This document shows, piece after piece, positions 36,816-46,700 of a DNA stretch of 64,000 nt. Numbering within the stretch: the first letter of the stretch is position 1; every line of letters starts with the position of its first letter. The notes below the pieces were generated by a model. The model was not told the DNA's origin and did not search any database. It saw only the letters and a list, made by a program, of their open reading frames with translations. Source of the stretch: Pirellulales bacterium (GTDB taxonomy: Bacteria > Planctomycetota > Planctomycetia > Pirellulales > UBA1268); NCBI GenBank assembly GCA_044369655.1, contig JBILWX010000005.1, forward strand, positions 2,476 to 66,475, in the 5' to 3' direction. Position numbers and translations under genes: made by a program.

Positions 36816-38963
36816 TCACTCCGTCCCCGCGGCGGGCGGCTGTGATGATGGGGGTGGGGCCTCCCCGGCAGGCCTGGGCTGCCAACAGAATTGCAGCGTG
36901 AAGTCGTAGCGTTTGACCCACAATTCCTGCTGCTCGGACGCCTCGGGCACTTCCGGCCGCGGCGGGCCGGCAGGCGGGAGCTGGACGCCTTGGCTCGGGC
37001 TTGCCACCGGAAGCCGCACCCTTTTCAAGGAAGACGACTCGATAATGACAGGATAACCGATTCCGAGCTCGGAAAGGCTCACTTCCTCTCCCGCCAGCGG
37101 TCCGGCAGAAACGACCAGCCGAGCCTCGTCATCCATCAGGTTTTTGACGAGTGTATCGCGGAGGAATTGGGCGCCTTCCGACGGCTTGTGGCGATCTTCG
37201 TTGTGGAAGTGATAGCCCCGCAATTCGACGACCCACCCGGCACCGACCGGGGCGGAGAGTTCCTTCTTTTTCTTGGCCTGACCGTCTTCCACGGCGGCTC
37301 CATCTCCAGGCGGCTCCTGCGTGCCGGCTGCTTCCCCGTCCTGCGGAGCGGATTGGCCGGCAGCGTCGGGGGCAGCCGCCTGCTCGTCAGCTGCCGCATC
37401 CTCGCCGATATGGGTTTCCGCCCACTGCTGCTGGACGGTCCCGAACCAGACGGCGAGATCGGGAAAATACTGGCAGTCCATCCTGTCGATGTGAAGCTCC
37501 CGTCGATCGGCCGGATTCTCCGGCACCGTGTCCCCCTCGTCACGGGGCAGCAGTGCCTGCACCGCCCGCAGTATGTCGAGGGTCTCGAACCTGCGGTTTT
37601 GCACTTCCGCCAGCCACTGCTGCTGGGCGATCGCCGCTGTCTGCCGTTCTCGCACCTGACCAATGGCGGACGTCGCCGCCGCCGATTGCTTTTTGACCGC
37701 CTCCGCCTTGCCGAACGCTGCGGCGTAGAGGTCGGGCGTATACGCCGTCCAGGCGGCGTACATGCCGCCGTAGCTGATGAGTGCGGCAGCCAACAGTCCG
37801 ACCAAGGCCATCACTGCCGACGGTTTTTTGGACTCGATGATGCGATCGCGGACGATCTCGTCAGGGAGCAAGTTAGTGCCGATGGCCGCGGCTTTGGCAG
37901 CCTGCAGAGCAAGGCCGTAGGCGGTTCCAAAGGCGACCTGGTGCTCCTTGAAGACCGGATTGGACAAGACCGCCGCCCCGTCCAGTCCCTTGAACGCATC
38001 CAGTCGCTGCACATCCAGCTGCAGCTGCTGCCCCACGAAGTCGGTCAAGCCACGGAGCTTCGTGGCATTCCCCAGCAAGAGCACCTTGCCGATGGTCGCC
38101 GCACGATCTGTGCCCGTGAAGTAATTCAGCGACCGCTGGAGCTCGGCGGCGAATTCATTGAACACCGGCTTCATGGTCTTGAAGACGGCTTTCGGATCCT
38201 CGGCCTTGACCGCATTGCGTTTGAGGTTTTCCGCCCTCGAGAACGTCAGTTTCATCCCCTGCACGAGGGCCTTCGTAAAATTGCTGCCGCCCGACGGAAT
38301 GCTTCGCTGCCAGACGCGCCTGCCGTTGGTGACCACCAGATCGGTCGAGTCGACGCCCACTGAGACCAACGCGATGAACGGTGCCGGCTGATCCGGATCA
38401 AGGGTGGCAGGATCTGGCAACTGGTCGAAGATGGCGACGTTCGCCAACGCGATCGGCGCCAGCTGCAGCACGTCGACTTGAATGCCCGCCTGCATGAGCG
38501 GAGCCAGCGCCTTGAACACCTGTTCGCGCTTCATCGCGAACAGGGCCACCTCCGCGTCGAGCACGAACCCCTCGGCCTCCATCCCGGACGCGAGTCGCTG
38601 CCAGCGCCACACGACCTGCTCGAGCGGGAATGGGATCTGCTGCCGGGCCTCGTATTTCACGATGTCCGGAATCTTCTTGGCCTCGATCGGCGGCAGTTTG
38701 ATGAACTTCGAGAGGCCGAGATTCCCCGGCACCGAGACGGCGACGGTGTCCCCCTTCAAGTCATGGCGGCTGAGCAGTTGCTCGAGCGCCGATTGCACCA
38801 GTTCGACGGGGTCGGCTTCGGGCTGCGTGAGAATCATCGGATATTCGATGTACTCACAGGCCACGGCCTCGAGCTTGCGGGGATCCGCCGAAATCCGGCA
38901 ACGCAGCGCCTTCAGGGCGCATTTCCCGATGTCGATTCCCCACACGTAAGCGCTTCGGGCCAT
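36816..38963 (-). CDS. pilM: Type IV pilus assembly protein PilM with a C-terminal TM/PilN-like extension
   Basis: WGIDIG..ALKA, YEARQQIPFPL, ELQRSLNYF, AYGLAL, then NLLP + TM + periplasmic region. Confidence 0.88.
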   Translation of the reverse strand: MARSAYVWGIDIGKCALKALRCRISADPRKLEAVACEYIEYPMILTQPEADPVELVQSALEQLLSRHDLKGDTVAVSVPGNLGLSKFIKLPPIEAKKIPDIVKYEARQQIPFPLEQVVWRWQRLASGMEAEGFVLDAEVALFAMKREQVFKALAPLMQAGIQVDVLQLAPIALANVAIFDQLPDPATLDPDQPAPFIALVSVGVDSTDLVVTNGRRVWQRSIPSGGSNFTKALVQGMKLTFSRAENLKRNAVKAEDPKAVFKTMKPVFNEFAAELQRSLNYFTGTDRAATIGKVLLLGNATKLRGLTDFVGQQLQLDVQRLDAFKGLDGAAVLSNPVFKEHQVAFGTAYGLALQAAKAAAIGTNLLPDEIVRDRIIESKKPSAVMALVGLLAAALISYGGMYAAWTAYTPDLYAAAFGKAEAVKKQSAAATSAIGQVRERQTAAIAQQQWLAEVQNRRFETLDILRAVQALLPRDEGDTVPENPADRRELHIDRMDCQYFPDLAVWFGTVQQQWAETHIGEDAAADEQAAAPDAAGQSAPQDGEAAGTQEPPGDGAAVEDGQAKKKKELSAPVGAGWVVELRGYHFHNEDRHKPSEGAQFLRDTLVKNLMDDEARLVVSAGPLAGEEVSLSELGIGYPVIIESSSLKRVRLPVASPSQGVQLPPAGPPRPEVPEASEQQELWVKRYDFTLQFCWQPRPAGEAPPPSSQPPAAGTE

Positions 38964-39232
38964 GGCCGTTACCGGAACATCCTTGGGGCGTGTGTCGGCT
39001 GGGGGTCGAAGAGTCGCCAAACGCTTCTCTATCAACACTTTATGAGCGATGCGCGCGGAGTGTCAAACGGACCGCATCCACGCCGGGAAGGGCGGGGCCG
39101 ACCGGCGGACAGCCCCCCGAACACCTCCGCTGGTGGGCAGCCCGTGATTCCATCGAGCACGCTGGCGAGCGGCCCCGCCCGGCTCCCCGAGCCTGACGGT
39201 TTCCGCTGTCCGCTGACGCTAAACTCTGTCCC

Positions 39233-41812
39233 ATGAAACCCGACCGCATCGCCGTTTCCCTTCCCTGTCACTCGCTCCATGATTTCCCTACATGGCTCGA
39301 AGAAGAGGAGGCCGATGCGTTGCTGTCGGCCTGGACGGCTGCCTGGCATCCGTGGCTGATCGCCGCCGTGAGCACCGCCCCCCGCTGGGCAAGTGTCGAC
39401 CTGCCGCCGGCCGACACCCCCACCCTCGGTATCGTTCCAGTTCCCTGGGACGATCGGTTCGCCCTGCAGGCGGACGCCCTCTGCACGGCTGGTTCGTGCT
39501 GGGTGCGCGGCGTGTCTGGCCAGGAGGCAATCGTCGCGGCTGCGGCAGCCGCCATGGCCGGCGAAGAGCCCGTTGCACCAGTGCTGCCGGGCTCCCCCCT
39601 TGCCGACGAATTTCACGCGCTCGGCCTGGCCACACTGCTGACCGAACTGCTGGCACAGCGGATGCGTTCGTCAGCCAGCCTCGACGGCACCGGCTTCGAC
39701 GACGCGGCCGTGCGGGCGGCGCGGGCCGCAGTCGGCGGCGATGAAACAGCCGCCCGGTCAGCCCTCAGCGAATGCTACGGCTGCCTCGAGTCGACGCGGG
39801 CCCACTTTTATCCCGTGGACGTCTGGCTGCTGGACCTCGTTCTGTTGGCCGAATCGACGCTGGGCGAGGGGCTCGAACGCGAACTCGCCACGGCCGTGCC
39901 GGCAACGCTCATCGCCACGGGCCGCGTGATCGAGCAACTTGCCACCCGCAATCCCACGGTGTTGACGCGCGTGCGGGAGCGATGCGCAGCCGGCGTCTTC
40001 GCCCCGGCCGGCGGCCGTTACGACGCGCAACCACTCGATGCCTGCACGCCCGAACAGATCGTCGCCTCGTTCGAACGAGGCATGGCGGCATGGCAGAAAC
40101 ATGTGGGCGCGACCCCCGTCACATACGCCCAGCAGACGGGCGGCTCGTCGGCAATTCTGCCGCAGCTGCTGGCCGAACTGGGCTTCACGGGCGCCATCTG
40201 GACGTTGTTCGACGGCACGCCGCTGCCCGATCCCGGCAGCAGCCGCATCCGTTGGGAAGGCAGCGGCGGTGGATGCATCGACGGCGTTGCCCGGCCTCCG
40301 CTCGATGCCCGCGCTGCCCGGACGATCCTCTCCCTGCCCGAACGGCTCGGCGATGCCATGGACCACGACCACACCGCCGTCGTCCAGTTTGCCCACCATG
40401 CCGGCACCGCGAGCCCGTGGTTCGACGCTCTGCGGCGAATCGGCGGCTCGAGCACCGTGCTGGGAACGTTCGTCACGGCTGCAGATTTTTTCAACCGCAC
40501 CGCCGGGGCAGGCACCGTGGTCGCATTCGAGCCGGATGCATTCCCTGTGGGGATTCCTGCCGGGCCGTCCAACGGCATGTCCGCTGGCAGCGACGATCCC
40601 GTGGCCGCCCGCGTGGCGGCCGCCCGGGACGAAGCCCGCCGCATCGCGACGGCAGCCGAACCGTTCCGCCAGCTGTTGCCGACCGGCGGATCCGCAGCGG
40701 CACCGCCACCGCGGACCACCGACCGGGGCAGCCGCTCCGCCTGGAACCTCGGAACGTTGTTGAGCGGAGGCACACGGGCCGATGAGGACCTCGTGCTTGC
40801 ACACGACTCGCTGCGTGTTCAGGTGCACCGACAGACCGGCGGGCTGCTCTCCGTGCGGCGGCCTGCGGACAGGGGCAACCGGCTGTCGCAGCGGCTGGCC
40901 CTCCGCACGACCCGGCCCGCACCACCACCGGGCCAGCCGTGGGAAGACGTGACTGAACGTGCCTCGTATTCGGCCATGGAAGCCGACTCGATCGAGCGTC
41001 TCCCCGCCGCCGACGGCCGGGGCGAGGCGATCGTGAGCCGTGGTCGACTCACCACCGGGCGGAACCGCGACCTGGGGTCGTTCACACAGCGGATCGAACT
41101 CGTCGCCGGCCTGCCGGTGGCACTGATCGACATCGACGTGCGGCTCGTCGACGCCCCCGTCGGCCCGCTCTTCGAACACCACCCTGCCTGCCGTTTCGCC
41201 TGGCATGAAAACGAGGACATGGATGTCCGCCGCAGCCTGCACACGCAGTCGATCGCCACCGAGCGTGGGCTCTTCACGGCGCCATGGTTCATCGAACTCT
41301 GCCGCCCCGGCGAGCGGGATGGGAGCATCACCATCCTCACCGGCGGCCTGCCGTGGCACATGCGTTCGAGCCCCCATATGCTCGATTCGATCCTGCCCTC
41401 GGCGACAGCAACGCCACGCCCCGGCGAGCCCTCCTGCCGGCTGGCGGTGGGGATCGGGATCGACCGCCCCTGGGATCTGGCGGCCGCACTCCTGGCTGAT
41501 CCACTCGGCACCGCGTTGCCGTCGTCAGCCTGCCGGCCCATGATCCCGGCCAACGTCCGGCTCATCGCGGGGCCGGTACGGCACGAGGGGGACAGGCTCG
41601 TCGCCGCCCGAATTGGGCTGCTCGAGTCGGAGGGTCGGCCGGGAGAGGTGCGACTGGAATGGGCGACCGGCGTGGCCCGGGTCCGCGACGTTGTCACCGG
41701 CAGCGGGCATCCCGCCCACGGCCCCGGGGAGCCTGCGACGATCGACGGCCATGTGGTCACCGTGACGTTGCGACGGTATCAATGGCGGCACCTCGACGTG
41801 GAGTTTGACTGA
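39233..41812 (+). CDS. Hypothetical protein with GH38/alpha-mannosidase-like architecture
   Basis: LPQLLAELGF, IRWEGSGG, RVQVHRQTGGLLSV resemble GH38 segments; TGATG overlap with cmk. Confidence 0.6.
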   Translation: MKPDRIAVSLPCHSLHDFPTWLEEEEADALLSAWTAAWHPWLIAAVSTAPRWASVDLPPADTPTLGIVPVPWDDRFALQADALCTAGSCWVRGVSGQEAIVAAAAAAMAGEEPVAPVLPGSPLADEFHALGLATLLTELLAQRMRSSASLDGTGFDDAAVRAARAAVGGDETAARSALSECYGCLESTRAHFYPVDVWLLDLVLLAESTLGEGLERELATAVPATLIATGRVIEQLATRNPTVLTRVRERCAAGVFAPAGGRYDAQPLDACTPEQIVASFERGMAAWQKHVGATPVTYAQQTGGSSAILPQLLAELGFTGAIWTLFDGTPLPDPGSSRIRWEGSGGGCIDGVARPPLDARAARTILSLPERLGDAMDHDHTAVVQFAHHAGTASPWFDALRRIGGSSTVLGTFVTAADFFNRTAGAGTVVAFEPDAFPVGIPAGPSNGMSAGSDDPVAARVAAARDEARRIATAAEPFRQLLPTGGSAAAPPPRTTDRGSRSAWNLGTLLSGGTRADEDLVLAHDSLRVQVHRQTGGLLSVRRPADRGNRLSQRLALRTTRPAPPPGQPWEDVTERASYSAMEADSIERLPAADGRGEAIVSRGRLTTGRNRDLGSFTQRIELVAGLPVALIDIDVRLVDAPVGPLFEHHPACRFAWHENEDMDVRRSLHTQSIATERGLFTAPWFIELCRPGERDGSITILTGGLPWHMRSSPHMLDSILPSATATPRPGEPSCRLAVGIGIDRPWDLAAALLADPLGTALPSSACRPMIPANVRLIAGPVRHEGDRLVAARIGLLESEGRPGEVRLEWATGVARVRDVVTGSGHPAHGPGEPATIDGHVVTVTLRRYQWRHLDVEFD

Positions 41813-42477
41813 TGATCATCACCCTCGACGGACCGGCCGGCGCCGGCAAGAGTTCGGCCGCTCGTGCCCTGGCCGCCAGGCTGGGTTGGTGCTACATGGA
41901 CACAGGTGCGATGTATCGGGCCGTGGCCCTGACGGCACTCGAACGGGGCTTGCCGCTTGACGATGCGACCCGCATCGCGACGCTCGCCGAACACCTCCGC
42001 ATCGAGTTCCGCGACGGCCGTGTGAACGTCGACGGCCGTGATGTCTCGGTGGAAATCCGCACGGAGCGGATCACGGCGGCGACCCGACCGGTGGCCGATG
42101 CCCCGCCGGTGCGCGACGCGATGAAGCGGATCCAACGCCGCATGGCGGAGGGCATCGACGTCGTTACCGAGGGCCGCGACCAGGGCTCGGTGGTGTTTCC
42201 GCAGGCCGAGTTGAAGGTATTTCTCACCGCCTCGCCCGAGGAGCGGGCCCGGCGGAGGCACCGCGAGGAACTCGGCCGCGGCCATGCCCCGACGCTCGAG
42301 TCGGTGCTTGAATCGCAATCGCGGCGGGATGCGGCCGACTGCTCGCGCCCCGTGGGAGCGATGCGACAGGCCGACGATGCCGTCCTCCTCGAGACCGACG
42401 GGCTGTCGGCCGAGGAAGTGGTGCAGCGTCTGGTCGAGATGGTCGAGACATGCCGGCGGCCGCGGGGGTCGACATGA
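41812..42477 (+). CDS. cmk: Cytidylate kinase
   Basis: ITLDGPAGAGKSS, DTGAMYRA, EGRD.GSVVFP. Confidence 0.96.
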   Translation: MIITLDGPAGAGKSSAARALAARLGWCYMDTGAMYRAVALTALERGLPLDDATRIATLAEHLRIEFRDGRVNVDGRDVSVEIRTERITAATRPVADAPPVRDAMKRIQRRMAEGIDVVTEGRDQGSVVFPQAELKVFLTASPEERARRRHREELGRGHAPTLESVLESQSRRDAADCSRPVGAMRQADDAVLLETDGLSAEEVVQRLVEMVETCRRPRGST

Positions 42478-43244
42478 CCCCTGCTCGCGATACCGGCCCG
42501 GAACATGGCCGGGAGGTGCCGACCGGCACCGGTGGCCACCGTGGGTTCGGCCGCTGCCTCTACGACTGCCTGTGGGTGCTCTGCCGCACGCTGGCGGTAT
42601 CCCTGTTCGGCTTTCGCGTCCGCTTTGCCGAACCGCTGCCACGGCATGGCGGGCTCCTCGTCCTGTCGAGTCATCAAAGCCATCTCGATTCGCTCCTGCT
42701 GGGCCTGGCGACCGACCGCAGGCTGTCGAGCCTGGCCCGGAGCTCGCTCTATCACTTCAAGCCGTTCGCCGCGGTCATCACGGCACTCGACGCGGTGCCC
42801 ATCGATCGCAACGCCTCGATGGTGAAAGCGATGAAGGCGGTGATCGCCCGACTCCGTGACGGCCGTGCCGTGGTCGTCTTTCCGGAGGGGACGCGAACCA
42901 CCACGGGGCGGCTGGGGGAAATCAAGAGCGGCTTCTCGCTTCTGGCGAAGAAGGCCGGCGTGCCGATCGTGCCGGTGGCGATCGTAGGCGCCCACGAATG
43001 CTGGCCCCGAAGCCGGCTGCTGCCGCGGCCGGGCCGCATCCGGCTGGAGTTCGGTCACGTGATTCCGGCCGCCGAAATCGCGCGACTCGACGAGCAGTCT
43101 ATTCTCGAACTCTGCGCGGCCAGGCTCCGCGAACTCGACGCCAATGCCCGACGCCTCCGCGCCGGACTCGGGGCGAACACTCCGATGGCTCCGCCACCCT
43201 CCGCAGCTCCCGTCTCTCCGCCCGCGCACGCTGAAGCGACGTGA
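42474..43244 (+). CDS. plsC: 1-acyl-sn-glycerol-3-phosphate acyltransferase
   Basis: HQSHLD (HX4D), FPEGTR, PIVPVAI; ATGA overlap with cmk. Confidence 0.9.
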   Translation: MTPARDTGPEHGREVPTGTGGHRGFGRCLYDCLWVLCRTLAVSLFGFRVRFAEPLPRHGGLLVLSSHQSHLDSLLLGLATDRRLSSLARSSLYHFKPFAAVITALDAVPIDRNASMVKAMKAVIARLRDGRAVVVFPEGTRTTTGRLGEIKSGFSLLAKKAGVPIVPVAIVGAHECWPRSRLLPRPGRIRLEFGHVIPAAEIARLDEQSILELCAARLRELDANARRLRAGLGANTPMAPPPSAAPVSPPAHAEAT

Positions 43245-43250
43245 ATGCCG

Positions 43251-44042
43251 CTACCCCGTGTTCCCGCCGGACGCGGAGCGGGTGAAGGCGACGCCCAGTT
43301 GCTCCGGGGGCGGGCTGGCAGGGAAATGGATCTGCGGCACCGTCTTGATCGCGTGCCTGAGCGCCTGCTCCCAACTGGAGCGGATGTCACCCAACTCGGG
43401 ATCGCTGGCGTCGAGACGGCGGTAGCGTTTTACGGAAAAGTCGTCGTTGGCGTAGACCAACAGGTCGATCGGCGGGCCAACGGCGACGTTCGACCGCATG
43501 GTCGAATCGAGTGAGATGATCGCATAGGTCACCGCCTGCTCGAGCGTGGTCTCGCCGAAGCGGATGCCGCGGTCGAGGATCGGCCGTCCGTACTTGCTCT
43601 CGCCGATCTGGAGAAACGGCGACAGCCGCGTGCAGCGGAGCGGGTTGCCCTGGGCGTAGATCAGGTAGAGCTGCGGCGATTCGCCCCGAATCTGCCCGCC
43701 CACCAGCAGGTTGACCGAAAAGTTGATCTTGTCCCGCTCCATGTATTCCCGATCGAGGGCCCCGACCGCACGGACCTGTTGCCCGACGCAGCGGACGGCG
43801 TCGTAGAAGTTCCCGGCGCTCGCCAGGCCATCGCCGGCACGAAATTCCTGCTCGAGCCGTGTCATCACCGACTGCGTGAGAGACAGGCTGCCGCTCGAGA
43901 GGATCGTGAACATGCGCTCGCCGGGGATCACGAAATTGTGCATTTTCCGGCACACCTCCACCTGGTCGATCCCCGAGTTGGTGCGGGAATCAGAGGCCAG
44001 CACGAGGCCCTGATGGGTGCGAATTCCGACGCAATAGGTCAT
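43251..44042 (-). CDS. anbu: Anbu proteasome-type Ntn protease
   Basis: MTYCVG...ASDSRTNSGID, LYLIYAQGN, QIGESKYGRPILDR, STMRSN..VGPPID. Confidence 0.92.
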   Translation of the reverse strand: MTYCVGIRTHQGLVLASDSRTNSGIDQVEVCRKMHNFVIPGERMFTILSSGSLSLTQSVMTRLEQEFRAGDGLASAGNFYDAVRCVGQQVRAVGALDREYMERDKINFSVNLLVGGQIRGESPQLYLIYAQGNPLRCTRLSPFLQIGESKYGRPILDRGIRFGETTLEQAVTYAIISLDSTMRSNVAVGPPIDLLVYANDDFSVKRYRRLDASDPELGDIRSSWEQALRHAIKTVPQIHFPASPPPEQLGVAFTRSASGGNTG

Positions 44043-44164
44043 CGAAGCCTCGGTTTTGCCTGTGGTTGATGGCGAGAACGGGAATGGCGCAAAACTTGCT
44101 GTGGTAGCACCCGACGAGGTTCGCAGACTAACGAACCCGGTGTTTTCGTCAAGGAAAACGGCGG

Positions 44165-45706
44165 ATGACGACCCACCAGCACACGGCCGCTGCCCGCGGT
44201 TCAGGCACAGACTGCCCACCTTCCGCGCAGGAAGGTCTGTTCGCGGGCTATGAACTCGGGGCGGCCTACGACGAAATGTTTGGCGACGTGCTCGCCGACG
44301 TCCCCTCCCCCCGGTCCCATTATGAACCGCTGTACCACCGGTTGCGGCAGACAAGCCCGGAGGATTTCCGTCGTCGGAAGGCGATGACCGATCTCTCGAT
44401 GCGGCAGGATGGGGTGGGATTTACAGTCTACCGTGCCGACGAGGGAATCGAGCGGGTGTGGCCGATGGACCCGGTGCCGCGGATCATTCCGGCCTCGGAG
44501 TGGCGGCAGATCGAGGCGGGCCTGACCCAGCGAATCAATGCCCTCAACCTCTTTCTCTGGGACGTCTACCACGAGCAGCACATCCTGCGCGACGGTGTCG
44601 TGCCTGCCGGGCTCGTGCTGCAGGGAACCTTCTTTCGCCGCGAGTTCGTCGGGGTCAACGTGCCGCGACGCATCTACATTCACATCTGCGGGACCGACCT
44701 CATCCGCGCAGCCGACGGCGAATACCTGGTGCTCGAGGACAACGCCCGCACGCCGTCGGGCGTCAGCTACATGCTGCAGAACAGGCAGGTCATCAAGCGG
44801 GTGTTTCCGTCGCTGTTCAACGACTACGACGTCCTTCCCAATGACGATTATCCGGCGGCTCTGCTCGACGTCCTGCAGTACATCGCTCCGGAATCGGTGT
44901 CGCAACCCACGGCCGTGCTGCTCAGTCCGGGCATGTACAACTCCGCCTACTTCGAGCACAGCTTCCTCGCCCAGCGGATGGGCATCGAACTCGTCGAAGG
45001 CCGGGACCTGCTCGTCGACGGCAATCGCGTCTTCATGCGGACCACGCGAGGCCGCCAGCGGGTCGACGTCATCTATCGCCGGATCGACGACGATTTCCTC
45101 GACCCGCTCACGTTCCGGCCCGACAGTGCGTTGGGCGTGCCCGGGCTCGTGAACGCCTACCGTGCCGGCTCGGTGGCGCTCGCCAATAGCATCGGCACCG
45201 GGATCGCCGACGACAAGGGAATCTATCCGTTCGTGCCCGACATGATCCGCTACTACCTCAAGCAGGAACCGCTGCTCAACAACGTCGAGACTTTCCGCCC
45301 GGAGATTCCGGCACACTTCAGCCACGTGATCGAAAACCTGGAGAAGCTCGTCGTCAAACGGGTCAACGAATCCGGAGGCTACGGCATGCTCGTCGGACCG
45401 GCGTCCACGAAACAGCAACGGGATGAGTTCCGCGACCTGATCCGGGCGAACCCTCGGGATTTCATCGCCCAGCCGACGATCCAACTCTCCACGCACCCCA
45501 CCTTCGTGGACGGACGCCTCGAAGGCCGGCACCTCGACCTGCGGCCGTTCGTGCTCTGCGGGGAGCGGGTGACGGTCACTCCGGGCGGACTGACCCGCGT
45601 GGCGCTGCCGAAGGGCAGTCTCGTCGTGAACAGTTCCCAAGGGGGCGGCAGCAAGGACACGTGGATCCTTGCCGAGAAGACCGCCGCCGGCACCCGGAAT
45701 CAGTGA
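44165..45706 (+). CDS. Circularly permuted type 2 ATP-grasp protein
   Basis: [67 protein letters not shown]. Confidence 0.94.
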   Translation: MTTHQHTAAARGSGTDCPPSAQEGLFAGYELGAAYDEMFGDVLADVPSPRSHYEPLYHRLRQTSPEDFRRRKAMTDLSMRQDGVGFTVYRADEGIERVWPMDPVPRIIPASEWRQIEAGLTQRINALNLFLWDVYHEQHILRDGVVPAGLVLQGTFFRREFVGVNVPRRIYIHICGTDLIRAADGEYLVLEDNARTPSGVSYMLQNRQVIKRVFPSLFNDYDVLPNDDYPAALLDVLQYIAPESVSQPTAVLLSPGMYNSAYFEHSFLAQRMGIELVEGRDLLVDGNRVFMRTTRGRQRVDVIYRRIDDDFLDPLTFRPDSALGVPGLVNAYRAGSVALANSIGTGIADDKGIYPFVPDMIRYYLKQEPLLNNVETFRPEIPAHFSHVIENLEKLVVKRVNESGGYGMLVGPASTKQQRDEFRDLIRANPRDFIAQPTIQLSTHPTFVDGRLEGRHLDLRPFVLCGERVTVTPGGLTRVALPKGSLVVNSSQGGGSKDTWILAEKTAAGTRNQ

Positions 45707-45714
45707 GGCCGCGC

Positions 45715-46665
45715 ATGCTCAGCCGGGTCGCCGACGCGTTGTTTTGGATGAGCCGTTACCTGGAACGGGCCGACCATCTGGCCCGGGCGGTCGATGTCAC
45801 CTTTCAGCTCGATCTCGACCTGCACGGCGTGCTCGCCAACCCCGTCGAACTGGAGTGGAACGCCCTGCTGTCGCTGCTGCGGCAGCCTCCTCCGCAGATC
45901 CGGGACGGCGAGCACCCTGTCGGCGCCGTGCAACGCTGGCTCCTGCTCGACAACTCCAACACCGGGAGCGTGATGGCGTGCGTGAACCGTTCCCGCAACA
46001 ACGCCCGGAGCATCCGCGGCTCGATCAGCCCGTCGATGTGGCGGGAGCTCAACAAGCTCTACTGGCGGCTCTCCGACGCCACGCAGGCGGCTCGGGTGGC
46101 GGAATCGCCGCATGATTTCTGCGAGGAAACGCAGATGGGCGTCCTGCTGTTCCACGGCGTGTGCGAGGCGACCCTCATGCACGACGAGGGCTGGCACTTC
46201 ATCCAACTCGGCCGGTATCTGGAGCGGGCCGAGAAGGTGCTGCGCATCCTCGATTCCAAGTTTGGACTGCTCGAGCGGGCCGACGCCGCCGACCTGCCGA
46301 TCAGCAACCTCCAATGGGGAGCGGTCCTCAAGAACTGCGCGGCTTACGAGGCCTACCAGCGACTCTATATCAGCCGGGTCGAGCCGGAGCGGGTCGTGGA
46401 ATTCCTGCTCACGAACCCCGACTTCCCGCACTCCGTGCGGTTCTGCCTGGCTCGCGTCCTGCAGTCGCTCACCGAAATCAGCGGGCGGCTGCCCGATCGC
46501 TGCGACGACGAGGTGGTGCGAACGGTGGGCCGGTTGCTCAACGATCTGATCTATCTGGATGGCGCCACCCTCGATGGCGAACGGCTGCACTCGTTTCTCG
46601 GCGCCTCCCTCTCCCGCTGCGCGCGGATTGGCAACCTCCTGCAGCAACAATACGCCCTGCAATAG
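45715..46665 (+). CDS. Alpha-E domain protein
   Basis: MLSRVADALFWMSRYLERA and a second GRYLERA; FPHSVRFC. Confidence 0.93.
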   Translation: MLSRVADALFWMSRYLERADHLARAVDVTFQLDLDLHGVLANPVELEWNALLSLLRQPPPQIRDGEHPVGAVQRWLLLDNSNTGSVMACVNRSRNNARSIRGSISPSMWRELNKLYWRLSDATQAARVAESPHDFCEETQMGVLLFHGVCEATLMHDEGWHFIQLGRYLERAEKVLRILDSKFGLLERADAADLPISNLQWGAVLKNCAAYEAYQRLYISRVEPERVVEFLLTNPDFPHSVRFCLARVLQSLTEISGRLPDRCDDEVVRTVGRLLNDLIYLDGATLDGERLHSFLGASLSRCARIGNLLQQQYALQ

Positions 46666-46700
46666 CCGCAGGCATGCCCTCCGGTCGTGGAGACGATGCG

